From positions 410 through 64,409 of the forward strand of contig JBKPDO010000182.1 in assembly GCA_046727955.1 (NCBI GenBank): a DNA stretch of 64,000 nucleotides, written 5' to 3'. Positions 29,010 through 38,431 of this stretch are shown in pieces; the stretch's first letter is position 1, and every line of letters starts with the position of its first letter. Both the position numbers and the translations under genes were made by a program. The notes under the pieces were generated by a model. That model ran no database searches. It saw nothing but the letters and a program-made list of their open reading frames with translations, and was not told the DNA's origin. The DNA is from a bacterium (GTDB taxonomy: Bacteria > Actinomycetota > CALGFH01).

Positions 29010-30850
29010 GCGGCCGTCCGGAGTCGGTGGCGGCCTGGCCGGTCCATCTGGGCCAGCGTGAGCGCCTGCAGGCCCTGCCGGCGAAGCGCGGCGGTGACCG
29101 CGTGGACCGCCCCCGCCGCGTCGGCCGGCGAGGCGGTCGGAGTGACGAGCAGTTCGACGATGTGGCCGGGCACGATCGACGGCGGCTCGAAGGGCCGTTT
29201 CGAGACGGTCAGCCGCTGGCCGAACACCACCCGGCGGACGTGCAGGTCCCTGGTGACGGCGACGGCGAGCAGGCTGAAGCGGCCGCAGGGCTCGGCCACG
29301 TAGACCGGCTCCAGCCCCACCTGGAGGCGCAGCGCCCCGACCGTGTCGGCGAACTCCGCCCGTGTGCGGCCGAGTTCGACGGTGCTGTCGCATCGCGCCT
29401 CCCAGGTGCCCGCCTCGACCTCGAAGCCTCGCCGGGCGAGCCGGGCGAGGTCGACCCGGTCGGCCGCCACGTCTTCGCCCTCCACGAAGAAGGTGAGGGC
29501 AAGGCGCTCGTCGGTCCCGGCCGCAGCCACCACCCGCAGCATCTGAGGTGGCAGCGATCCGGCCACCACGATCACCACTGCGCCGGACGCCCTGGTCGAC
29601 CCCCGCGCCGCCGAGGCGAGCCGGGTGCCGGCCGCCCAGGAACCCTGGAACAGCAGCGCTGTCACGGCCGCGCTCGCGATCAGGATGCGGACCGCCAGGC
29701 GCATGCCGCGCCCAGGCGGAAGCGGCAATGGCTCTGCAGCGGCGAGCAGCGCGAGGTCGTCGCCCAGGTCCCTGCCTTCCAGGTGCGCCACTTCGGCGGC
29801 GCGCATCCGGGCCGCCCGCCCCTCGTCGGCGATCAGCTCGGCGACGGTGGACCGCAGCTCAGGGATGCCGTCGCAGACCAGCGCCAGGCCGGCCTGCTCC
29901 ATCATGGCGGCGTTGGCCCTGCCGTGGCCGGCGATCGGGTCGAACAACAGCACCGGGCGGGCGGACGCGAACGCCTCCAGCGAGGTGACCCCGCCGGCGT
30001 TGGTCACCACCACGTCGGCCGCCGCCATCAGCTCGGGCATGATGCCCACGAAGCCGAGCGGCACCAGCCGCGAGCGCGGCTCGCCGAGCGTCTCCAGAGA
30101 CCGGCGCAGCGCCCGATTGCGGCCGCATACCGCGACGACCTGGATGCGCTCGCCCAGCTCAAGCAGGGCGGCGACCGCCGCGGCGAGGGTGCCGACCCCC
30201 CAGGCCCCGCCGGTCACGAGCACCATGAAAGCACCGGCGCGCAGGCCGAGGGAGTCGCGCGCCGCGCCCTGGTCGCGTGGCTGGAACACCAGGGAGATCG
30301 GCGGCGCGGCCACGCACACCAGGCCGCGGGCGCTGAGCCGGCGGGCGTCGGGCGCGCTCACGTCGTGCATGAGGAAGTGCGCGTCGATCTGCGAAAAGAC
30401 CCAGAACGGGTGCGGTGCGAAGTCGGTCACGAAGGTGGCGGTGGGAACCGCCAGCCGGTGCACGCGCCGCAGCTGGTCCATGGCGGCGGCCCCGAACGGG
30501 TGCGTGCAGACGACCACGTCCGGCTGGAAGCGGCGCAGCCTAGGCCACAGCCGCCAGCCGCACCAGGCGGCGATGAAGCGCTTGCTCAGCCAGGCGAACC
30601 ACCGGTGGTGCCAGAGCGCGTCGTAGAAACACTGGTAGACCACTGGAGCGTGGTCGAGCGCCAGGCGGTAGGCGGACTGCGCCAGCCAGGACATGCCCGG
30701 CGCCATCCGGGCGATGACGTCGAGCACGCGAACCTCGGTGCCGGGCCAGACCTGGTCGATGCGCTCGGCGATCGCGCGCGCCGCGGCGTTGTGCCCCTCA
30801 CCGATGTCGGCGGTGAGCAGCAAGACCCTGAAACGACCATCCCCTACCAT
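29006..30850 (-). CDS. MGDG-synthase/UgtP-like GT28 glycosyltransferase fused through a TM helix to a C-terminal about 230-aa domain with degenerate NodB-like motif
   Basis: N-terminus VLLLTADIGEGHNAAARAI is the MGDG_synth family. The GT28 C-terminal half follows (VVTNAGGVTSLEA). Then come TM helix LAVRILIASAAVTALLF and LALTFFVEGEDV. Confidence 0.72.
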   Translation of the reverse strand: MVGDGRFRVLLLTADIGEGHNAAARAIAERIDQVWPGTEVRVLDVIARMAPGMSWLAQSAYRLALDHAPVVYQCFYDALWHHRWFAWLSKRFIAAWCGWRLWPRLRRFQPDVVVCTHPFGAAAMDQLRRVHRLAVPTATFVTDFAPHPFWVFSQIDAHFLMHDVSAPDARRLSARGLVCVAAPPISLVFQPRDQGAARDSLGLRAGAFMVLVTGGAWGVGTLAAAVAALLELGERIQVVAVCGRNRALRRSLETLGEPRSRLVPLGFVGIMPELMAAADVVVTNAGGVTSLEAFASARPVLLFDPIAGHGRANAAMMEQAGLALVCDGIPELRSTVAELIADEGRAARMRAAEVAHLEGRDLGDDLALLAAAEPLPLPPGRGMRLAVRILIASAAVTALLFQGSWAAGTRLASAARGSTRASGAVVIVVAGSLPPQMLRVVAAAGTDERLALTFFVEGEDVAADRVDLARLARRGFEVEAGTWEARCDSTVELGRTRAEFADTVGALRLQVGLEPVYVAEPCGRFSLLAVAVTRDLHVRRVVFGQRLTVSKRPFEPPSIVPGHIVELLVTPTASPADAAGAVHAVTAALRRQGLQALTLAQMDRPGRHRLRTAA

Positions 30851-30881
30851 GGCCGGACGCTCCTCACCTCCGAGGTGACGT

Positions 30882-31739
30882 GTGCTCGTCTTGGGTGCGA
30901 CGCTGGCTGCTGCGTCCGGCCTTGCCTACAACACCACGGCGGCCGTCCAGAAGCACGAGACCGTGCGCGTGGGAGTGCCGGCGCGCCGCCTGCTCCCGGC
31001 GCTGCTCAGACGACCGTTGTGGCTGCTGGCGCTGCTGCTTGACCTCGCGGCCTGGGTGACCCAGGCGGCCGCCCTGGCGCTCGCACCGATCGAGCTGGTG
31101 GTCCCGCTCATGGCGGTCGGGGCCGCGCTCCTGGTGCTGCTTGGGATGCGCTGGCTCGGTGAGCGGTTCGGCCGCGCCGAGCTGACCGCGGTCGCCCTGG
31201 TTGCCATTGGCGGCTCGGCCGCCGCGGTCGCGGCCGAGGGCGTCGCCCCCACCCGCGCACCGTTGGGCGCCGGGACACAGCTCGGCGTCGCCGCGGTCGC
31301 CGCGGTCGCCGCGGTCGCCGCGGTCGCCGCCGCGGCCAGCCGCAGCCACAGCGGCGTCGCCTTCGGCATGGCGGCCGGTTGCCTGTACGCCGCCACGGCG
31401 ATCTGGACCAAGGAGGTGGGCGACCGCCTGGCCACCGACGGCTGGCACGCGTTCGGCCCGCTGCTGGAGAGCCAGACGCCCTGGCTGCTCGCCCTGTTCG
31501 GCGTGGTCGCGCTGTGGCTGGTGCAGGCCGGCTTCCAGCGGGCCAACGCCGCCTCGGTAACCGCCGCCATGACCGCCGTCGAGTCGGTCGGGCCGGTCCT
31601 CGCTGGCTTCCTGCTCTACCACGAGCGCTGGCCGTCGGGCGCTGGCGGCCCGCTGCTCGCCGCCGGGATCGCCGCGGCGGTCCTCGGCGCCACCATGCTG
31701 GCCGCCCGCCACCAGGCCCTCATGGAGGCGGGGGGCTGA
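30882..31739 (+). CDS. DMT-superfamily (EamA/NIPA-like) membrane transporter
   Basis: 285 aa with about 9-10 TM segments. An in-frame (gtcgccgcg)4 repeat encodes VAAVAAVAAVAA. Divergent from the GT28 gene. Confidence 0.6.
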   Translation: MLVLGATLAAASGLAYNTTAAVQKHETVRVGVPARRLLPALLRRPLWLLALLLDLAAWVTQAAALALAPIELVVPLMAVGAALLVLLGMRWLGERFGRAELTAVALVAIGGSAAAVAAEGVAPTRAPLGAGTQLGVAAVAAVAAVAAVAAAASRSHSGVAFGMAAGCLYAATAIWTKEVGDRLATDGWHAFGPLLESQTPWLLALFGVVALWLVQAGFQRANAASVTAAMTAVESVGPVLAGFLLYHERWPSGAGGPLLAAGIAAAVLGATMLAARHQALMEAGG

Positions 31740-31845
31740 CCAGGGGCGGACAGCCCTGAGCAGCGATCCTCGACACCTGGGCATGTTCCGCCCGGCCCAC
31801 ACGGGAACGCGCTCTCCGACACGCGGCAACAACCCGGCCGGCTCC

Positions 31846-32036
31846 TCAGCTGGCGGTGCCGCGGTCGTCGTCTGGCGGCATCGGCGGTGCCAGTCCAGGC
31901 TCATCCTGGGTGCTCTGGGTGATGCCCTTCTTGAACTCGCGGATCCCTTGGCCGAAGTTGCGGCCCAGCAACGGCCGGCGACTGGCTCCGAACAGGAGGG
32001 CGAGCACCAAATCACGATGAGGTACTTGTCGTCCAC
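31846..32036 (-). pseudogene. Second tatA paralog carrying a 1-bp deletion (frameshift) near the start of the TM helix
   Basis: After restoring one base it reads VDDKYLIVILVLALLFGASRRPLLGRNFGQGIREFKKGITQ... As given, it reads gtgatttggtgctc versus the paralog's gtgatcctggtgctc. Confidence 0.7.
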
Positions 32037-32421
32037 TGACAGCGCTTCCTCCGCGTCGAGGAGGTAGCGTCGGCCGTCACGGCGCGACGTCGTACCCTCA
32101 GCATCCCAGCGGCGGGATGAGATCGGGGTGAGCCGACCCAGCACGGCCTTGGCGCCGCTGAGCACCTTGGCGGCAGGACCGTTGCCATCTCATCACAGCC
32201 TCACGGCCGTCCTGGTTCCATGGACGAGGGAGGATCCAGAGAAGCGGCCCGGCCGCCTTGCCACCTCGCCGGTTGGAGGCTGGTGGACGTCGGCATCGGC
32301 GAGATCTTCGTGATCCAGCTCGTCGTTCTCCCTCTTCGCCTGTGAGGGCAGTTGGCTCACGGTTACGCGATCGTTGGTGGCAGGGTTCTGTGCGGGCTCC
32401 CCATGGGGCGAAGGAGGCAGG

Positions 32422-32682
32422 ATGGCAACGGTTCTCGCGCGCCGCTCCGCCCGAGGTCTCGTCGTCCTGCTGGCCGTGGTTGGGCTCGTGGCGCTCGCCG
32501 CTGGGGTCTTCTACTTCGTGACCCCTGTCCGCAGCGTCCCGACCTGGCTGCCCGGGCACATCGCGGGCTCGACCATCCACCATGTGAGACGGGCCACAGC
32601 GGCGATCGTGGTCGCGGTGCTCTGCGCAGTCGGGGTGTGGTTCCTGACCGCACGCCGGCGCTCCACCAGCGTCCGGTCGTGA
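32422..32682 (+). CDS. Hypothetical small two-TM membrane protein (86 aa)
   Basis: MATVLARRSARGLVVLLAVVGLVALAAGVFYFV...IVVAVLCAVGVWFL. Hydrophobic helices with a positive-inside bias. Confidence 0.4.
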   Translation: MATVLARRSARGLVVLLAVVGLVALAAGVFYFVTPVRSVPTWLPGHIAGSTIHHVRRATAAIVVAVLCAVGVWFLTARRRSTSVRS

Positions 32683-33313
32683 CGCTGCCTGGGGCTGGGG
32701 CGCCCGCAGCGCCGGCCCGGGGTCAGATGGGCAGCCACTTGGCGGGTCGTCGAAGGTCCGAGGCTCAGGAGTCGAGCCGGTTGGCTAGGCTGCCGGCCTG
32801 CCCGGCCAGCGCAGTGAACCACCCGGACATCCACAGCACCTGGATGCGCTCGACCAGCCCGACCCAATGGTTTGTCAGCGTGAGCGGCAGCTCCAGCATC
32901 CCGAGAGCGACCAGCACCAAGGCGGCCAGCTGTCCGATCTCGCCGAGGTGGCGACACTGTGGGATCTCGCGGAGCAGGCTGCCGAGCAGCAGCATGCTCG
33001 CCACGGCCGCGACGAAACCGATGACGCTGGACACGGTATGCACCTCGCGGAGCTGGGCGAGGAGGCCGATGACGTCTCGGTGTGGGCGGCACGCCACATC
33101 GATGGAGGGCAGGCAGCCCATCGGGTGCCAGCTGTTACGCGACACGCTGAATGGTGATGAGCAGGCACACGATCGTGGTGACGATTCCGGTCCGGTCCTT
33201 CACGCCCGCAACCAGGCACAGCCCGATCGGCCGGTCACCGGCCTCGTGTCGCCGCTCGCCGCCGTTGGTCGCCAGCGACGATGCCGGTCACAGGCATAGC
33301 CAGGAACGTCAGG

Positions 33314-33582
33314 TCAGTGCCCAGGCGGGGGTGGCCCCGGGCGTGGTGGGGCTGGGTGTGGCGGCGGTGGCGGGATCGACTCGAGCCCGGGTGCCTCGTC
33401 AGGCCAGACCAGCAGGACCGGGCAGGGGGCATGGTCGACGACGAAGCGGGTCGCCGGCCCCAGGCTCGCCGGGCCGAGCCGGGAGCGGTCGCCGTCGCGG
33501 GCTGCCACCAGCAGGTCGGCACCCCCGGCGGCCTCGACCACCACGCGCTCGACCCGGCCGGTCCGTGCCTGGCGCTCGGCTT
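33314..33582 (-). pseudogene. Universal stress protein (UspA) C-terminal fragment, truncated at repeat copy B
   Basis: ADLLVVAARDGDRSRLGPASLGPATRFVVDHAPCPVLLV matches the Usp C-terminal consensus. The N-terminal half is missing. Confidence 0.6.
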
Positions 33583-33680
33583 GGTGGCACGGACGACGAC
33601 TCCGGTTCGAGTTCGACTGACCGCCCCGTCCCACCAAGACGCAAAGTTGGGGTCGGATTCGCTGTCGCGAGAATCGGCGT
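33583..33680. repeat. 98-bp element, copy B (reverse complement of 27099-27196)
   Basis: Verified base-by-base. Identity ends exactly at cgccg on one side and at gtgccacca on the other. Confidence 0.9.
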
Positions 33681-33743
33681 TAGTGACTGCGCCAGTCAGC
33701 TCTCACGGTGCGTTCATCATCGAACGCAGAGGATGCGTGCGTC

Positions 33744-34817
33744 ATGCCAGCGGCTCCCCCCCACCGCCGCGCTCGGTCCTTGGTCGCCGGGCTGGCGGCG
33801 CTCACCCTGCTCGCCGGCTGCGGCCACAAGGCCAAGGCGCCGGCGGCACTTGGAACCACGTCCAGCGCGCCGACCAGCACAACAGTCGCTCCACCTCGGC
33901 CGGCGGTGTTCCCGCTCACCGGCCTGCCGGTGGGCGGCGCGACCGCGGCGGCGGCCCGGCCGGCCCTGTCGATCAAGGTCGAGAACACCCCGCCGGCCCG
34001 CCCCCAGGCCGGCCTGAACGCGGCCGACGTCGTCACCGAAGAGCTGGTCGAAGGCGGCATCACCCGCTTCTTCGTCACCTTCCAGTCCCACGACGCCGCG
34101 CTGGTCGGGCCGGTCCGCTCGGCTCGGCCGGTCGATGCCGCCCTGCTGCGCCAGCTCGGCGGCGGACTATTCGGCTACGCGGGCGCCGCCCAGGGCGAGA
34201 TCGCCCCCGTCAAGGCCTACTCGAACGCCGTGCTGCTCAGCCCGGACCAGGCGCCAGGCGCCTACTCGCGGTCGGCCAGCCGGCCAGCCCCCCACAACCT
34301 TTATACCTCGACCGCGCGGCTCTACCAGGCCGCCGACAGGCTGGGTGCCCGCCGGGGACCGCCCCCCGCCCTGTTCTCCTTCGCGGGAAAGGTGCCGGCT
34401 GGCGCCCACCCAGTCCAGACCGTGGCGGTGCCGTTCTCCCCGGTGGCCGACTACGTGGCGAGCTGGCGCTGGGACGCGAAGGCGGGCCTCTGGGACCGGT
34501 ATCAGGGCGGCCAGCGGGCCACGGTGGCCAGCGGCGCCGGCGTGACCGCCACCAACCTGGTGGTGCTGCGGGTCAAGGTCGGCACCATTCCCGGGCTGGT
34601 CGACTCGCTCGGCAACCCCGACCCGAACGTCATCGTTGTCGGCCAGGGCGCCTGCTGGGTCTTCCGAGACGGCCGAGTCCTTATGGGGACCTGGCGACGG
34701 CCGGCCGTCGGCCAGGTGATGCGGCTCATCGGCCCGGGCGGGCAGACGATCCCGCTCCGCCCGGGCCGGACCTGGATTGAGCTGGAACCGGTCGGCTACG
34801 CGCCCAGGCAAGGCTGA
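33744..34817 (+). CDS. DUF3048-family lipoprotein (YerB-like)
   Basis: Lipobox LLAGCG and ALSIKVENTPPARPQAGLNAADVVTEELVEGGITRFF, typical of DUF3048. An agagga RBS precedes the start. Confidence 0.72.
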   Translation: MPAAPPHRRARSLVAGLAALTLLAGCGHKAKAPAALGTTSSAPTSTTVAPPRPAVFPLTGLPVGGATAAAARPALSIKVENTPPARPQAGLNAADVVTEELVEGGITRFFVTFQSHDAALVGPVRSARPVDAALLRQLGGGLFGYAGAAQGEIAPVKAYSNAVLLSPDQAPGAYSRSASRPAPHNLYTSTARLYQAADRLGARRGPPPALFSFAGKVPAGAHPVQTVAVPFSPVADYVASWRWDAKAGLWDRYQGGQRATVASGAGVTATNLVVLRVKVGTIPGLVDSLGNPDPNVIVVGQGACWVFRDGRVLMGTWRRPAVGQVMRLIGPGGQTIPLRPGRTWIELEPVGYAPRQG

Positions 34818-34882
34818 GCCGGTGTCCCAGTAGGCAAGGCTGAGCCGGTGTCCCAGTAGGCAAGGCTGAGCCGGTGTCCCAG
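34809..34882. repeat. 26-bp tandem repeat x2.8 (caaggctgagccggtgtcccagtagg) overlapping the 3' end of the DUF3048 gene
   Basis: Direct reading. Confidence 0.75.
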
Positions 34883-35363
34883 CCAGCCGCCTGCTCCGAA
34901 AGCACAGTCACGACGTCGAAGGGCTGGGCGAAGTCGGTGTGTGAGCCTGGCGGCGAGGCCGCGCCACGCGGCGTCGGCTCCGGCGACGGCGACGTGGCTC
35001 TGCACTCACCGATCGCGGCCCGGCGCGCGCGCTCCAGGTCCGCCCGTCCAGTTCGTCCCACAGCGTCACCGGCGAGTACCTCCTTTGTCAGGAGGAGCCT
35101 TGTGCCCGGCACCTGATACAACACGGCGATGCTGAGCTTGGTCAGCATGACGGCTCGGCCCGGCTGCCAGCTGTAACCACTGGCACAGCTGGCAGGTGAC
35201 GTTCGACACTGCTGTGCGCAGCTTCTCGGCCAGCACCTGCTCGCGGCGGGCACCAGGGACCGCCTCGATTCGGGTTGACCGTGGCGGGCGGGTTTGCGAG
35301 CCTCTTCAGGCCGGGTGTCGCCCAACGGGGAGACGCAACCGGCGGCCGGATGGGGAGGTCCTG

Positions 35364-37058
35364 ATGAGATCTCGCTGGCTTGTTTCTCTTAGTGCTCTGG
35401 CCATGGCGCTTGCCGTTGCCTTCAGCTTCAGCGGTCCGGCGTTCGGAACCAGCGCCAACGTCCGGGTCACCCGCGACAGCGTGACTTCGAGCTACCTGCG
35501 CTACGACGGCTCCAGCGACGCCACGACCACGGCGTGCAGCACCGGGCGACGCTCGCAGAACGAGCCGACGGTGGCGGTCAACCCCCACAATCCCCAAGTC
35601 ATCGTCGCGGGGTCGAACGACTATTGCGCCCAGATCGTCAACGGCGACGTGTGGACGGGCTACTACCGCTCAACCAACGGCGGGTCCAGCTGGCACGACA
35701 GCCTGGTGCCCGGCTATCCGGCCGACTCGTCGGCGGCGGGGGTTGCCTCCCCGGTGCATGGGACCTGCGGCGCGGCTGGCGACCCGTCCCAGGCCTTCGA
35801 CCGCGACGGCCGCCTGTTCTACGCCTTCATCTGCTTCAACCGCGCCAAGCCCATCAACGGCGGGGTGTTCGTGGCCCGCTACACCGGTGACGGCGCGGCC
35901 TACGACCGGACCGTCCTGGTCAAGCGCGGGACGCCCTCCGGGCTGTTCTCTGCCGGGCTGTTCCAGGACAAGATCAACCTGACCGTCGACCAGACCACCG
36001 GGCCGTCGTCCGGCAACGTGTACGTGGCCTGGTCGCAGTACGACGGCTTCGCCCCCAACAACGCCGTGCTGTTCTCCCGCTCCACCGACCACGGTCTGAC
36101 GTTCTCCGACCCGGTCCGGGTCACGCCGGTGGCGCTCGGCACCGCCTCCTTCGCCGATCTGGCGGTGGGCCCTGACGGCGCGGTGTACCTGGCGTTCCTG
36201 ACCTACCCGTCGTCGTCCAACCCGAGCAGCGACGTGTGGCTGTCGAAGTCCACCGACGGCGGGGCGTCCTTCGGCCGGACATCGCACGTCGCGACCATCG
36301 TGCTGTCCGACTCCAACCAGTACAGCGGCAACGGGGTCGAGTCCTGCGGCGACGGACCGCTCGCCTGCCCGAGCGGACTCACGTTCTCCCGGTTCTTCAG
36401 CGCTCCGGCGGTCGCCGCGGACGCCACTGGCGTGCACGTGGTCTGGGGCGCGGAGCTAGCGAGTGGGCAGTCCAAGATCTTCGTCCGCAACTCGCCGAGT
36501 GGGACCACCTGGCCGGCCCCTGCCACCACGCTCGATACTGTCTCCATGGGCCACCAGTGGACCCCGGACATCGCCTCGGCCAACGGAGTGATCACCGTGG
36601 TCTTCTACGACTCCAGGGCCGACCCGGCGTACGCAACGAACCTGCCGCCGGGCAACACCGCCAACGGGCAGAACTCCGGCGACGTCGTCAACACCTTCGT
36701 GGCCAAGTCCAGCAACGGCGGCGCGGGCTGGAGCGAGACCCAGATCTCCACGGCGGGCAGCAACTTCGGCTGGGAGACCCACGGATCCCGGCGGGTCGGG
36801 TTCTGGGGCGACTACATCTACATCTCGGCGGTCGGCGGCACCGTCGTCGCTACCTGGACCGATTCGCGCGACCTGGTGCCGGGCACCGACCCGCGCGAGA
36901 CCGGCGCGGACGACGACCACGACGGCTTCGACGTCTACCAGCCGTGCACCTATGTGCCCAACGACATCAACGCCGCGTCCTACTCATCCCCGACCGTCGG
37001 CGATCCGTGCCTGTCACAGGGAGGGCTGGACCAGAACATCTACGCTGCGGGCGCCTGA
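35364..37058 (+). CDS. Secreted BNR/Asp-box repeat protein, sialidase-like (paralog 2)
   Basis: Signal peptide MRSRWLVSLSALAMALAVAFS. Asp-boxes STNGGSSW, STDHGLTF, STDGGASF and SSNGGAGW. Shares C-terminal blocks (GDYIYIS, DGFDVYQ) with paralog 3. Confidence 0.8.
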   Translation: MRSRWLVSLSALAMALAVAFSFSGPAFGTSANVRVTRDSVTSSYLRYDGSSDATTTACSTGRRSQNEPTVAVNPHNPQVIVAGSNDYCAQIVNGDVWTGYYRSTNGGSSWHDSLVPGYPADSSAAGVASPVHGTCGAAGDPSQAFDRDGRLFYAFICFNRAKPINGGVFVARYTGDGAAYDRTVLVKRGTPSGLFSAGLFQDKINLTVDQTTGPSSGNVYVAWSQYDGFAPNNAVLFSRSTDHGLTFSDPVRVTPVALGTASFADLAVGPDGAVYLAFLTYPSSSNPSSDVWLSKSTDGGASFGRTSHVATIVLSDSNQYSGNGVESCGDGPLACPSGLTFSRFFSAPAVAADATGVHVVWGAELASGQSKIFVRNSPSGTTWPAPATTLDTVSMGHQWTPDIASANGVITVVFYDSRADPAYATNLPPGNTANGQNSGDVVNTFVAKSSNGGAGWSETQISTAGSNFGWETHGSRRVGFWGDYIYISAVGGTVVATWTDSRDLVPGTDPRETGADDDHDGFDVYQPCTYVPNDINAASYSSPTVGDPCLSQGGLDQNIYAAGA

Positions 37059-37116
37059 GCTCGCGCCAATCGGCGCTGTCGGGGCGCGTTCACCGGACCA
37101 GAGGAGCGAGGTGCCG

Positions 37117-38373
37117 ATGTCCACGAGCGACACGCTCGCGTTCAACCCGTTCCTGCCCGAGGTCCACGAGGACCCCTACCCGCTGTATCACCGGCTGCGC
37201 GCGGAGGACCCGGTCAACCGCAGCCCGCTTGGCTTGTGGGTCCTCACCCGCCACGCCGACGTCCTGGCGGTGCTGCGCGATCCGCGCATGAGCCGGGACC
37301 CGCGCCACTCCGAGCGGTTCGAGCTGCTGCGGTCGTCGGCCGAGGTGGACCAGCTGCTCGCCTCCGAGGAGGCCGCGCCGTCGATGCTGTTCGTCGACCC
37401 GCCCGACCACACCAGGCTGCGGGCGCTGGTCAACAAGGCGTTCACGCCCGCGGCGGTTGAGCGGCTGCGGCCTGGGGTCGAGGCGATCGTCGCCGGGCTG
37501 CTCGACCGGGTCGCCGGCACGGGCACGATGGACGTCGTCGAGGACCTCGCCTACCCGCTGCCGGTCACGGTCATCTGCGAGCTGTTCGGCGTCCCCGAGG
37601 CCGACCGGGATCGGTTCCGGGCCTGGTCACGCGAGCTGGTCCGCCTGCTCGACCCGCTGGTGGCCGCGGACGCGCTCGAGCGGGCGCTGCAGGCGCGGCT
37701 CGCGCTGCGTGGCTACCTGCGCGAGCTGGTCGGCGAGCGGCGCGCCCGCCCCACCGGCGACCTGCTCACGGCGCTGATCGCCGCCGAGGATCAGGGCCAC
37801 TCTCTCAGCGAGGCCGAGCTTGTGTCGATGTGCGTGCTGTTGCTGGTGGCCGGCCACGAGACGACCGTCAACCTCATCGCCAACGGCACGCTCGCGCTGC
37901 TCCGCCACCCCAAGGCACGGGCCAGCCTCCAGGCTGACCCCACGCTCGCCGGCAGCGCGGTCGAGGAGCTGCTCCGCTACGACAGCCCGGTACAGTTCAC
38001 CAGCAGGCACGCACTGGCCGACCTGGACATCGGCGGCGTCCGCGTCCGCGCCAGCGAGACGGTCGTCGCGGTGCTCGGCGCCGCCAACCGCGACCCCGCC
38101 CAGTTCCCCGACCCCGACCGCCTCGACCTGGCCCGCGCACCCAACCGCCATATCGCCTTCGGCGGCGGCATCCACTTCTGCCTGGGTGCGCCGCTGGCCC
38201 GCATGGAGGCCCGCATCGCGATCCCCGCGCTGCTGGCGCGCCTGCCCGGCCTGGCGCTGGGCCCGCAGCCACCGGCCCGCCGCGACACCGTCACGCTCCG
38301 CGGCCTCGCGAGCCTGCCGGTCACCTTTCCGGCCCCGAGCGGCCGGGACTCCGTCCGCCCGGCGGCACCTTGA
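37117..38373 (+). CDS. Cytochrome P450
   Basis: Heme-binding loop FGGGIHFCLGAPLAR, ETLR-like motif EELLRYDSP, and the I-helix AGHETT. A gaggag RBS precedes the start. Confidence 0.9.
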   Translation: MSTSDTLAFNPFLPEVHEDPYPLYHRLRAEDPVNRSPLGLWVLTRHADVLAVLRDPRMSRDPRHSERFELLRSSAEVDQLLASEEAAPSMLFVDPPDHTRLRALVNKAFTPAAVERLRPGVEAIVAGLLDRVAGTGTMDVVEDLAYPLPVTVICELFGVPEADRDRFRAWSRELVRLLDPLVAADALERALQARLALRGYLRELVGERRARPTGDLLTALIAAEDQGHSLSEAELVSMCVLLLVAGHETTVNLIANGTLALLRHPKARASLQADPTLAGSAVEELLRYDSPVQFTSRHALADLDIGGVRVRASETVVAVLGAANRDPAQFPDPDRLDLARAPNRHIAFGGGIHFCLGAPLARMEARIAIPALLARLPGLALGPQPPARRDTVTLRGLASLPVTFPAPSGRDSVRPAAP

Positions 38374-38431
38374 CGAGCCCCGTCGACCCAGTCACCGCCA
38401 GCTCGGCAGCGAGGAGGACGGAGGCGAGCAG

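Noticed and set aside
37820-38431. ORF-track N-terminal extension of the SNF2 helicase.
   Set aside because: It overlaps the P450 gene in another frame with junk composition. A GTG with a strong RBS at 38432 immediately precedes the conserved N-terminal helicase domain.
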